A stretch of 64,000 bases of DNA from Nanobdellota archaeon (GTDB lineage Archaea; Nanobdellota; Nanobdellia; Pacearchaeales; GW2011-AR1): positions 182,185 through 246,184 of the forward strand of contig JBBSXJ010000004.1 in assembly GCA_038045825.1 (NCBI GenBank). The letters are read 5' to 3'. The position numbers and the translations under genes are program-made. Of this stretch, positions 44,464-53,318 are shown piece after piece (position 1 is the stretch's first letter; each line of letters opens with the position of its first letter). The notes beneath the pieces are model-generated. The model did not search any database and was not told where the DNA came from. It was given only the letters and a program-made list of their open reading frames with translations.

Positions 44464-44715
44464 ATGAAGATAGTAGTCAAACCAAAAATATGGGGGAATT
44501 CCTTGGGAATAGTTATACCTAGAGATATTGTCAAACGAGCAAAGATAACTCCTGAAACTGAAATAGTAGTAATTATTGAGCGTGAAAACCCAATTAAAGA
44601 GTTATTTGGATCATTAAGGGGTTGGAAAATTGATGCTCAAAAAATGAAAGATGATATAAGAAGAGAAGAATTTGAAGCAGAAAAAAGAAAATGGAAGAAA
44701 TTAAATACTTTTTAG
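44464..44715 (+). CDS. AbrB/MazE antitoxin
   Basis: KIWGNSLGIVIP motif. Confidence 0.9.
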   Translation: MKIVVKPKIWGNSLGIVIPRDIVKRAKITPETEIVVIIERENPIKELFGSLRGWKIDAQKMKDDIRREEFEAEKRKWKKLNTF

Positions 44716-45062
44716 ATAGTTATACTTTGATTGAGATAGCAAAAGAAAATCCTAACTTTTCTATTTTTAAAGATTCAATAAACTTTACTGGTTTTACAAA
44801 TTTGCTTGAATTACATTATCGGTTAATGCAAGACTTTGGAGAAAAGAAAGCTGACGAAATAACAGATTTAATGAGAAGTATAGTTATTAATGAAGACCTT
44901 AAAGATATAAAACTAGCATCAAAATTTAGAATAAGAAATATAAAAAGAAAATTTAGTTATATAGATTGTTTGGGCTACACTATGGCACTAAATAGAAAAA
45001 TGAAGTTTGTAACTGGAGACATGGAATTCAAAGATTTGCCAAATGTGGAATTTATCAAATAA
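44691..45062 (+). CDS. vapC: VapC PIN-domain toxin
   Basis: YFLDSY, SYIDCLGY and VTGDMEF motifs. Confidence 0.9.
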   Translation: MEEIKYFLDSYTLIEIAKENPNFSIFKDSINFTGFTNLLELHYRLMQDFGEKKADEITDLMRSIVINEDLKDIKLASKFRIRNIKRKFSYIDCLGYTMALNRKMKFVTGDMEFKDLPNVEFIK

Positions 45063-45105
45063 TTAAGCTAGAAATTTTTATAAAGAGCCTTAACTGTCCT
45101 TTTTT

Positions 45106-45711
45106 ATGAATAAACATGTCTTGCCTAAATTACCTTATGCTTTTGATGCTTTAGAGCCATATATGGATGCTAAAACAGTTGAGATACACTATTCTAAACA
45201 TCATCAGACATATTGTGATAAGTTGAATTTGGCTTTGGAAAAACATCCCGCATTGTTTGATAGGAAAGTTGAAGAGTTACTTGTTGATTTAGATAAAATG
45301 CCTGCTGAAATAAAGACAGCTGTTAGGAATTTTGGGGGTGGGTATGTGAATCACAATGTATTCTGGGAATGTATGGCTCCTCATTCCAAATCAGCTCCTA
45401 AGGGAAAAATTATTGAGAAAATAAATAAGGATTTTGGTAGCTTTGAAGAATTCAGAAATCAGTTTACCACCCATGCTGCTTCTTTATTTGGGTCAGGTTA
45501 CACTTGGCTTGTTTTGTCAGATGGTAAATTAGAGATAATGACTACTAAAGATCAGGACTCTCCTCTTACACTTGGAAAGAAACCCTTGCTTGTTATAGAT
45601 GTCTGGGAACATAGCTATTATTTGAAATTTATGAACAAACGTGCTGATTATATTGAAGCATGGTGGAATGTTGTTAATTGGGGACAGGTCGAGAAGAACT
45701 ATTCTAGTTAA
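45106..45711 (+). CDS. sod: Fe/Mn superoxide dismutase
   Basis: LPYAFDALEP, HYSKHH, NHNVFW and DVWEHSYY motifs. Confidence 0.97.
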   Translation: MNKHVLPKLPYAFDALEPYMDAKTVEIHYSKHHQTYCDKLNLALEKHPALFDRKVEELLVDLDKMPAEIKTAVRNFGGGYVNHNVFWECMAPHSKSAPKGKIIEKINKDFGSFEEFRNQFTTHAASLFGSGYTWLVLSDGKLEIMTTKDQDSPLTLGKKPLLVIDVWEHSYYLKFMNKRADYIEAWWNVVNWGQVEKNYSS

Positions 45712-46223
45712 TTCTTGTTTTTACTGTGCATTTTATTTCTACCTGCTGTAATTAATCTTTGATAAGTTTCAGCGTCAATAAAGTATCTACTTTCCGATAA
45801 TTCTTTTAATGATTTTTCATATTCATCTAAATTTATAATATTCTTGTCTAATAATATTAAGAATAAACCTGTTGTTCTTATAGGGTTCAATCCTAAAATT
45901 TCTGCTATATTATATCCATCTTTGTCATCAATCAATAAGTTTTTTATTTTTAGTTCTTGGCAGAGATTTATTGCTTTTCTTTCTCCAATGTGAATATTAT
46001 TAACTTCAAGATTTAGTGAGGTTTCCTTTATTTCTATAAATTTTTCTTTTAATTTTTCTTCAATAAGAAATATTTCATTTTGGCTTTTTTCTTTACCATT
46101 TATAACTACTTCTTGATATACTTCATTTGGAATATATATTTTTTTAAAGAGGACTTTTAGTAAATCTATTTTTTTAATTTTGGCTAGATGAATCAAAGGA
46201 GTTGAATCAGAAACAGCAAGCAT
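45708..46223 (-). CDS. DUF3368-like PIN-domain protein
   Basis: VSDSTPLIHLAK, HIGE..AI and LLIDD motifs. Confidence 0.88.
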   Translation of the reverse strand: MLAVSDSTPLIHLAKIKKIDLLKVLFKKIYIPNEVYQEVVINGKEKSQNEIFLIEEKLKEKFIEIKETSLNLEVNNIHIGERKAINLCQELKIKNLLIDDKDGYNIAEILGLNPIRTTGLFLILLDKNIINLDEYEKSLKELSESRYFIDAETYQRLITAGRNKMHSKNKN

Positions 46224-46224
46224 T

Positions 46225-46527
46225 TTATTCCTTTAAAGTCGCGTTTATGTCTTTTTCAGCGTCTTCCATTGTATAAGGCATAGGTATTTTTCTTTCTTTT
46301 ACTATGGCCATTATTTCCCATAAAGAAATTCCCGCTATTTCTGCTGCTTTCCAGAGAGTTATTTTTCCTTTTTTGTATAATTCTAGTGCATATTCTAATT
46401 TAGTATCTCTTAGTCCTATTTCCAGTATTTTTCTAAAAGCTATAGATAAACCTATTCTTTCTTTTTCAGCATACCATTGTAGGTCTTTTTTTATATCATC
46501 TGGGATGCGTGTTGATATTAATGTCAT
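46225..46527 (-). CDS. UPF0175 family antitoxin (RHH plus HTH)
   Basis: ISTRIP...ALELYKKGKITLWKAAEIAG pattern. Confidence 0.88.
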   Translation of the reverse strand: MTLISTRIPDDIKKDLQWYAEKERIGLSIAFRKILEIGLRDTKLEYALELYKKGKITLWKAAEIAGISLWEIMAIVKERKIPMPYTMEDAEKDINATLKE

Positions 46528-46656
46528 TTTGTATACAAATATGTAGTATTGTATACTATTTAAGTTTTTAGATTCTTTTTGAAGAAAGTTGATGAGTTAT
46601 TTAGTTGATATTTTGCTCTTAAAACGAACATTTAGATAAGCTTAAATAAAGAAGTT

Positions 46657-47613
46657 ATGGTTTTTTATATGGATCACATACAACTTCACGTTTTACCAAG
46701 AGAATCAATGACTTGGCAACAGTTCTTAGATAGAGCTCCTTCTAATTCTATTGCTTTAGATGGGATAGTAATGGGTGGTCCTGCTTGGGATGCATCTACT
46801 AAACATGTAAACTTCGATCATCATGATGGAGTTGTTCGCGAAGCTACTATGAGCACTTGTAAACAAGTATTGTATGCAATTAAAGGAGGATTATTTCAGG
46901 CCTTTAGGGATGAAAATGGAAGACCCTTTGCAAATGTATATGTTAATGATCCTGATCAAGATACTGCTTTAGCCGTATGGGAATTACAAAATTACAAACA
47001 ACTTGAAGGGACAAATGGTTCTCCTTCTTTAGGTCGCTTAATTGAATTGAATGATCGTTTAGACGTGACTGGTGGAGCTTTTCCAATGAGTTTAAGAGAA
47101 AGATTAGTTCGTCAACATGCATGGGTGTTTCAACCATATTCTGATTTAAGAAAATCTGGAAGACTTAGTGGAGCTACCGCTGCAGATATGAGGACTTGTT
47201 TAGAATCCGTTGGTTCTAGAGTAATGGCTTTCTTACTTGGTCAAGGAGAAGAAATAGACTTAGATACTAAGCATGAAATATTACATGAAGATCCTAGGTT
47301 TAAAGTTGTTAATGAAATTGGGGGAAATGATGCTCGTTATGTTTTGTTCTCTCAAGGAATGAATGCATTTTTAAGCTTAGTAGCTACTCGCCAAGATGGT
47401 AACAGAGTTTATACTGTCGGAAGAAGAAGTAGGTATATACCTTTTCCAGTTTCTGATTTATATGGTGTTTACAATCAAGCTGAAGGGCTTACTCTTGCTA
47501 ATGGTTGGAATGGTTCTGATATAATAGGTGGTTCTTCAAGACTACAGGGAAGTAAACTTTCTCCTGATCAGGTATTTGAATTAACCAAAGACTATTTAGA
47601 TAAAAATAAATAA
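46657..47613 (+). CDS. DHH-related phosphoesterase-like protein
   Basis: NFDHH, then NDPDQD, with C-terminal WNG...IGGS. Confidence 0.6.
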   Translation: MVFYMDHIQLHVLPRESMTWQQFLDRAPSNSIALDGIVMGGPAWDASTKHVNFDHHDGVVREATMSTCKQVLYAIKGGLFQAFRDENGRPFANVYVNDPDQDTALAVWELQNYKQLEGTNGSPSLGRLIELNDRLDVTGGAFPMSLRERLVRQHAWVFQPYSDLRKSGRLSGATAADMRTCLESVGSRVMAFLLGQGEEIDLDTKHEILHEDPRFKVVNEIGGNDARYVLFSQGMNAFLSLVATRQDGNRVYTVGRRSRYIPFPVSDLYGVYNQAEGLTLANGWNGSDIIGGSSRLQGSKLSPDQVFELTKDYLDKNK

Positions 47614-47614
47614 T

Positions 47615-48784
47615 TTATTTCTTGATAAAATCCATTTCTTCGTCTGAGAGGTTGAGATTCTTGGCTATTTCCTGATTGGATGCGATGATTTTCTTTATTA
47701 CTTGGAAATCCATCATTGCCCTATGTGTTGAACAGTGGACATATCTTGCATACTTTTGGCTTATTGTTTTCTTTTTTCCCATTATTCTATTGTTTAACCA
47801 TATTTTTAGGATTCTTTGTGGTCTTTCATATTTTGTGAAAGAGGATTTTGGTTTGTCTTTTGCGTAGCTTATTCCTGCGCTTTGGAATATGTTTTGATAT
47901 ACTAGAAATCTCCAGAATTGCTGCCTGTATATTCTGCCTCTGAATATGTCTGCTTGTGCTAGAGCTAAATATGCTTTTGCTAGAGCTTTTCCTTTATACT
48001 CTCTTGGGATATTTTCTTCTATCCATAATAGTATTTCATCTAAAGACATTTTAGTCGTGTCAAATAGATTAAGGTTGTCTGCTCTTTGCTGGAAGAGCTT
48101 TTTTAGGATGTTGAATATTGTATCTTGTTTTGATCTTTCTTCTAAGAAATCTACATTTGTTTGATCTGAAAATACATATGTTTGCAAGTCATTTACAGCT
48201 GCTCTTAGATCTCCTTGTGACTTTATTGCTATTTGTTTAAGATAATGCACATTTTCATTTATATTTTCTTTTTTTAGTATTGCTTGAAGAACCTTTACAG
48301 TGTTATCTACTGAAAGAGGCTTCATTTCAACTAATTTACATTTAGGTCTTAGCTCTGAAAACTTTGAATCCCAAATATCATTTCCAGTCATAATTATAGG
48401 ATGTGCTGTTTTTTCTAAGATTCTAATTAATTCTGGAACTCCCCCAATATCTGTTCCCGTTACCCCATCTACTTCATCCATCAGCAATATTTTGCCTGAT
48501 TTGAATAAGCTATGTTGCTCGCTAGCTGGTTTAAGAATTTCTTCTAATTTTAGTCTGTTTCTTAAATCTGAAGAATTTAATTCGAATATATCTAGATTGT
48601 GTTCTTTTGCTATTGCATGTACTAGTGTTGTCTTTCCCGTACCTGATTGTCCATGCAGAATTAATCCTTTCTTTTTTGGGAATTCTTTTATGAATTTTTG
48701 AGTATCTGTTATTGCTTGTTCCTGACCAACTATTTCTTGAACTAAAGAAGGTCTGTATTTCTCAGCGAAGTTTGATTTAGTCAT
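47615..48784 (-). CDS. rfcL: replication factor C large subunit
   Basis: EKYRP, GQSGTGKT, ELNSSD, DEVDG, GDLRAAVNDLQ and WIEEN motifs. Confidence 0.95.
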   Translation of the reverse strand: MTKSNFAEKYRPSLVQEIVGQEQAITDTQKFIKEFPKKKGLILHGQSGTGKTTLVHAIAKEHNLDIFELNSSDLRNRLKLEEILKPASEQHSLFKSGKILLMDEVDGVTGTDIGGVPELIRILEKTAHPIIMTGNDIWDSKFSELRPKCKLVEMKPLSVDNTVKVLQAILKKENINENVHYLKQIAIKSQGDLRAAVNDLQTYVFSDQTNVDFLEERSKQDTIFNILKKLFQQRADNLNLFDTTKMSLDEILLWIEENIPREYKGKALAKAYLALAQADIFRGRIYRQQFWRFLVYQNIFQSAGISYAKDKPKSSFTKYERPQRILKIWLNNRIMGKKKTISQKYARYVHCSTHRAMMDFQVIKKIIASNQEIAKNLNLSDEEMDFIKK

Positions 48785-48874
48785 TTTTGTTCTCTTTTAT
48801 CTATTATTTTTGAATTTCCTTTATTTAAGGATATATGTGAAAACATTTAAATACATCAACATGTATGCAAACTC

Positions 48875-49114
48875 ATGCAAGTAGAAGATGGTCAGACAAG
48901 TATTAGAGTAAGTAAACGTATACTTCATTTACTTCAAAGTATGAAAACCCACTCTAAAGAAAGTTACGATGAAATTATTTGGGATTTAATTGAACCTCAT
49001 CTTGAACTTAATGAAAAAACTAAAAGATCTATAGAAGAATCTCGAAAAGAGATTGAAAAAGGAAATTATTATACTCTGGAAGAGATTAAACAGAAATACG
49101 GGTTTAAGGAATGA
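48875..49114 (+). CDS. RelB-like antitoxin
   Basis: TSIRVS...ESYDEII...YTLEEIK; overlaps relE. Confidence 0.85.
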   Translation: MQVEDGQTSIRVSKRILHLLQSMKTHSKESYDEIIWDLIEPHLELNEKTKRSIEESRKEIEKGNYYTLEEIKQKYGFKE

Positions 49115-49365
49115 AGGTAATCTTTTCTAAAAAAGCAGATAAACAACTTTCTTGTTTTAATCCATTCATAAGGCAAAAAATCGTTAATTCTCTAGAAAAG
49201 TTTCAAAATGGAGAAAGGGTAGATATTCAAAAGTTGCAAGGAAGAGGAAGTGAATTTCGTATTAAGGTTGGAGATTATAGAATTATTATTGAAAAATTAT
49301 CTTCTGGGGATTTTTCTGTTTTAGAGATAGGTCAAAGAGAGAACATTTATTTTTTTGCTTTTTAA
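49111..49365 (+). CDS. RelE/ParE toxin
   Basis: FSKKADKQL...FRIKVGDYRII...RENIY pattern. Confidence 0.9.
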   Translation: MKVIFSKKADKQLSCFNPFIRQKIVNSLEKFQNGERVDIQKLQGRGSEFRIKVGDYRIIIEKLSSGDFSVLEIGQRENIYFFAF

Positions 49366-50330
49366 ATTTCTTCTTTTAATCCTGCTAAGACAAAAGAAGC
49401 TAACAAGGCTTGTAATTGAACGAATTCATCGCTACCTTCCACAATTCTGAATTCTGCTTCACCTGTTTTTTCTGTTAGTTTTACTTTTATTTGGGGTTCT
49501 ATCTGTAGATTCCATACTTCTTTTTGAATTGATTTTATTATATCTGTACCACTGACACTGTCTTTTAGCATTATGTCTAGAAGTTTTTCTCTTGCATTTA
49601 GGAAGTCTCCTGCTAAGGCATAGTCTAAAACAATTTTTACATTTGTTGGCTTGGCTGAAGATGCAATCATTTTTACTATCTCTGAATTAATATCTAGGGC
49701 AATTGAGGATGTAGCTTGAAGCAAGTTAATTGCTCTTCTGCAGTCTCCTTCTGACATTTCGTATAAAGTTTCTAAAGCATCTTCTGTAATTTTTAGTTTT
49801 TCTCTTTCAGCTATTCTTTTTATTACTTCTATAATATCTTTCTTTTCTAGAAGTTTGAATCTAAATACTACACATCTTGATTGAATGGGATCTATAATTT
49901 TACTTGAGTAGTTGCATGACATAATGAATCTGCAAGTATTTGTGTAGTTTTCCATTGTTCTTCTTAGAGCTTGTTGAGCTTCTTGTGTCAGGGCATCTGC
50001 TTCATCTAGGAAGATTACTTTGAAAGGTACTGCTCCAATTGACTTTGTTCTTGCAAAATCTTTTACTTTCTGTCTTACTACATCTATACCTCGCTCGTCA
50101 GATGCATTTAATTCTAAATAGTTTTCTTTCCATTTATCTTTGAAGAGTTCTTTTACTATTATTAAGGCGAGAGTTGATTTTCCTGTTCCAGAAGGGCCTG
50201 CGAACATAATGTGAGGTATGTTCATTGCAGTTACTAGTGCGCTAGCTCTTTTCACTATTTCTTGCTGACCAACCATATCGTTGAATAAAGAAGGTCTGTA
50301 TTTTTCTGTCCAGATTTCGCTTTGACTCAT
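49362..50330 (-). CDS. rfcS: replication factor C small subunit
   Basis: WTEKYRP, GPSGTGKS, ELNASDERG, LDEAD and SRC motifs. Start reassigned to MSQSEIW. Confidence 0.96.
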   Translation of the reverse strand: MSQSEIWTEKYRPSLFNDMVGQQEIVKRASALVTAMNIPHIMFAGPSGTGKSTLALIIVKELFKDKWKENYLELNASDERGIDVVRQKVKDFARTKSIGAVPFKVIFLDEADALTQEAQQALRRTMENYTNTCRFIMSCNYSSKIIDPIQSRCVVFRFKLLEKKDIIEVIKRIAEREKLKITEDALETLYEMSEGDCRRAINLLQATSSIALDINSEIVKMIASSAKPTNVKIVLDYALAGDFLNAREKLLDIMLKDSVSGTDIIKSIQKEVWNLQIEPQIKVKLTEKTGEAEFRIVEGSDEFVQLQALLASFVLAGLKEEI

Positions 50331-50425
50331 TTTTACACCCTTTTTGATATATTTGAATTCAAGGACTTTCATATATAATCATTGTGGTGACAAAATGTTT
50401 ATTACTTGTTTTTATTTGAGTTTTT

Positions 50426-50911
50426 GTGGTTAAAGTCTACACTAGTAATGGTGATTCTGGATTTACTAAAGATTATGCTGGTAATCCTATTCCAAAAGAT
50501 GATTTGATTGTTTTGGTTAATGGTAAGATTGATTTTTTACAGAGTGCTTTGGATATGACTCTTCTTTTGAGTGTTGAACACTCTGATTTCTTGAAAATAG
50601 TTCAACAAAAATTATGGCAGGCTTCTGGAGAAATTGCTAATTGTCCTGGTGAGTGTATTATTGCTCCTATTACTAATGAAGATTTAGTTAAATTGGAAGA
50701 ATATGTTGATTCTCTAGGGGAGCCTCCAAATAAATTTGTACGTTTTACTAATGAAAGAAGTATTTGGTTTAATGAATGTCGTGTACGCTGTCGTGAACTT
50801 GAGACATTTCTTGTTAAAATGCTTAGGGAAGGGAAACTAAGACCTGAGATTTATAGATACGTTAATAGATTAAGTAGCTTGTTTTTTATGCTAGGGTACA
50901 AAAGTAGTTAG
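50426..50911 (+). CDS. PduO-type ATP:cob(I)alamin adenosyltransferase-like protein
   Basis: KVYT..GDSG.T, R..CRELE and YVNRLSS.FF motifs. Confidence 0.8.
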   Translation: MVKVYTSNGDSGFTKDYAGNPIPKDDLIVLVNGKIDFLQSALDMTLLLSVEHSDFLKIVQQKLWQASGEIANCPGECIIAPITNEDLVKLEEYVDSLGEPPNKFVRFTNERSIWFNECRVRCRELETFLVKMLREGKLRPEIYRYVNRLSSLFFMLGYKSS

Positions 50912-50919
50912 AAATCTAA

Positions 50920-51030
50920 TTAACTAGACTTTCTCATTTTTCTCTTACGCTTTTCCTTCTTCAGACGCTTGCGTTGCCATTTCCAACGCATTTGACCTTT
51001 CTTTTTCCAACGTCTTGATGATCTTTTCAT
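50920..51030 (-). CDS. rpl41e: ribosomal protein eL41 (eS32), archaeal long form
   Basis: MKRSSRRWKKKGQMRWKWQRKRLKKEKRKRKMRKSS; below the ORF-track size cut-off. Confidence 0.88.
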   Translation of the reverse strand: MKRSSRRWKKKGQMRWKWQRKRLKKEKRKRKMRKSS

Positions 51031-51067
51031 ATTTTACTCTGGAATTTATGGTTTTTAAATGTGACTT

Positions 51068-52159
51068 TTATGTGAAATAAGCCCTCTTTATCTCATCCAC
51101 TTCTTGTTTGAATATATTAGCCTTCTCTTCTCCTATTATTGTTTTGTAAGAATTTAGGTTGGAATATATTGTTTTCCCTAGACTTGCTAGTTCTTTTGTA
51201 AGGGCTGCTATATCTGATTCATCTAAAGATGTTTTTGATAAGACTCTCCATCCTCTTATTTTATCTACTTTTATGTTTTCTCCATATGCAAGGGATTTTA
51301 TTATATTATCTGAGTCTAGAATCTCTTCATAAGATAGGCTATTTATTAGAATTCTTGACTTTTTGAGATCTACCTTTGTATAATCTTTTATTACTAGATT
51401 TACTTCTTTTTCTACATTTGACGTTAGCTCTTTTAATCTTGTTTTTAGTATTGTTCCTTCATTTCCTAGTTCTAAAAAGAAGTCTTTTACATCATTAGTC
51501 ATCTTTTCTATAAGTCTTCCTTTTTGAATTACTGTTGATGCCTGCTGAAGACTTGGATAGTTTCTTAGTTCCATTTGAGTTAACTTTTCAACATTTGAAT
51601 CAAACAATTCTCTTTGTTTTTCTATTATTTGTGTCTGTTCATTTACTTTTCTTAATATTTCATTTACATTCTTTATTACATGTCTAAAGTTTTTGTAGTA
51701 AATAGTCATCTCAGATCTTCTTTCTGATACTGTTGCAACTAGAGTTCCCAACATTTTTGCAGTTCTTTCTGCCGTTTTATGTCTTGTTCCTGTTTCTCTT
51801 GTTGATATTTTTTTATCTGGATAAACCATGACATTTGCTTGAGTTATTCTTTTCATGTCCTTTGAAAGAATTATTGCTCCATCCATTTTTGAGAGTTCTA
51901 CTATTTTTTGAGGGGTAAATTTAGAATTTATTTTAAATCCTCCGTCAAGAACTTGATGTATTCCTTCTATTTCTACAACTATAATAGCTCCTTTTTTTGC
52001 ATGAACTACTCCTTCCAAGGCGCTTCTGAAGTTTGTTCCTGGAGCAACTATTCTTAGAATTTGATCTGTTTCTTCTTCTGTTGCCTTCAGCTTACCATTT
52101 TTTTCTTCTTCTTGTAGGATTTGTGTTTGAAACTCTTTTTTCTCTTCTTTTTCTTCCAT
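51068..52159 (-). CDS. disA: DisA-type diadenylate cyclase / DNA integrity scanning protein
   Basis: VAPGT..R, ELSKMDGAIIL and ETGTRHKTAER motifs, helical linker, degenerate HhH. Confidence 0.9.
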   Translation of the reverse strand: MEEKEEKKEFQTQILQEEEKNGKLKATEEETDQILRIVAPGTNFRSALEGVVHAKKGAIIVVEIEGIHQVLDGGFKINSKFTPQKIVELSKMDGAIILSKDMKRITQANVMVYPDKKISTRETGTRHKTAERTAKMLGTLVATVSERRSEMTIYYKNFRHVIKNVNEILRKVNEQTQIIEKQRELFDSNVEKLTQMELRNYPSLQQASTVIQKGRLIEKMTNDVKDFFLELGNEGTILKTRLKELTSNVEKEVNLVIKDYTKVDLKKSRILINSLSYEEILDSDNIIKSLAYGENIKVDKIRGWRVLSKTSLDESDIAALTKELASLGKTIYSNLNSYKTIIGEEKANIFKQEVDEIKRAYFT

Positions 52160-52203
52160 TTTATTATTTTGCCGAACTTATATTTAATCTTATTTGTTTT
52201 TTT

Positions 52204-52351
52204 TGATGTCGATAGTCTCTCACACAAACTATATACCCTCTAGGTCAAGACTTCGATCACTGCAACAGTATCGTCTGTTGCAGGTACTACAACTTCTTTG
52301 AAGTTGAAGTCATCCAAAAATCGAGCACCAATCACGCATCGATTTTTTGAT
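52204..52351. repeat. dispersed structured non-coding element, copy 2
   Basis: Shares 26-bp and 90-bp identical blocks with 669-845; the two flanking hairpins are degenerate or absent. Confidence 0.9.
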
Positions 52352-52578
52352 TTTAATATACTTTAAATTTAATGTTGCTCTAAATCTTTTGTCTTTAGAT
52401 TAGAGTTGATATATTTTCAGCTACTTTTTAATACTAGTTGAAATCTCTCTTTAGATTGGAGTTAGTATCTATTTTGTGGAGATTATCAACTGTACTCCCA
52501 AAACTCTAGCAAAATCATCAGAGTTTTGTGATAATTAATGCTCTTTGGTTTGAGTCAAAAAATTATATTGTCTTTGAT

Positions 52579-53211
52579 TTATGCTGTTGCGAATGCAGTT
52601 GCAGTTATAGTATCTCCAAGTGCTCCGATTTTAGAGTCTGATGGAATTATTAGCCGAAAATCTATTCTTATTGAATCATTTGAATCTTTAAATCTAAATC
52701 TACCACATACTTCAGTAGTTGTTGTGTAAACTGAACCATAGTCCTGAAATACTATGGTTCCTCCTGTCGAATTGAGGCAGCTACCTGATTCCAATTGAGA
52801 AAATATCCATTCGTATGAAGGTGAACTACCTCCAATCATTTGTGCTGCTGTTTTTGTTCCGCTAATATTTAATGTGAGATTAACATTACCCAGATTCTCA
52901 ATTCTTAAACCACCTGAATTTTGCAAAGTCCAATTACCATTGGTTACATTATTTGTTTCTTCAGTAGTTAGCGTAGCAGATTGAGATCCAGCATTAACCC
53001 TTCCAGACCCCCAGTTTATTTGAGAGTTTGTGAAATTGATTATCCCAGATGTTTCTACGGTCAAATTGGCTTCTCCAGTTGATGTAATATAACCTAAAAT
53101 TGTTTTAAGAGGATTTTTAAATGAAAAATAAAACATCCATGTAGAGAATATGAAAAGTATAAGAATTACTACCATTGATACTTTTAAATAATTTAGTTTT
53201 GCGTTTTTCAT
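52579..53211 (-). CDS. membrane-anchored or secreted beta-rich surface protein
   Basis: N-terminal TM, INWGSG and LRIENLGNV (similar to the motif in 19526-20602). Confidence 0.7.
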   Translation of the reverse strand: MKNAKLNYLKVSMVVILILFIFSTWMFYFSFKNPLKTILGYITSTGEANLTVETSGIINFTNSQINWGSGRVNAGSQSATLTTEETNNVTNGNWTLQNSGGLRIENLGNVNLTLNISGTKTAAQMIGGSSPSYEWIFSQLESGSCLNSTGGTIVFQDYGSVYTTTTEVCGRFRFKDSNDSIRIDFRLIIPSDSKIGALGDTITATAFATA

Positions 53212-53318
53212 CTTTTATTTCAACTCTTTGTATTTTAGTTAACTTATATATTAACTGCTTATGCTTAATAGATCATTTGAACCTATAATTTTATAACTTG
53301 TGGATTATTAGATAAATC

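Noticed and set aside
48785-48830. Possible duplicate of the rfcS 3' end upstream of rfcL
   Set aside because: Similarity is weak and confined to low-complexity AT-rich sequence
52204-52351. Structured element as a c-di-AMP riboswitch for disA
   Set aside because: No ydaO-type motifs seen; disA has its own TATA between the element and its ATG; copy 1 has no matching downstream gene on that strand
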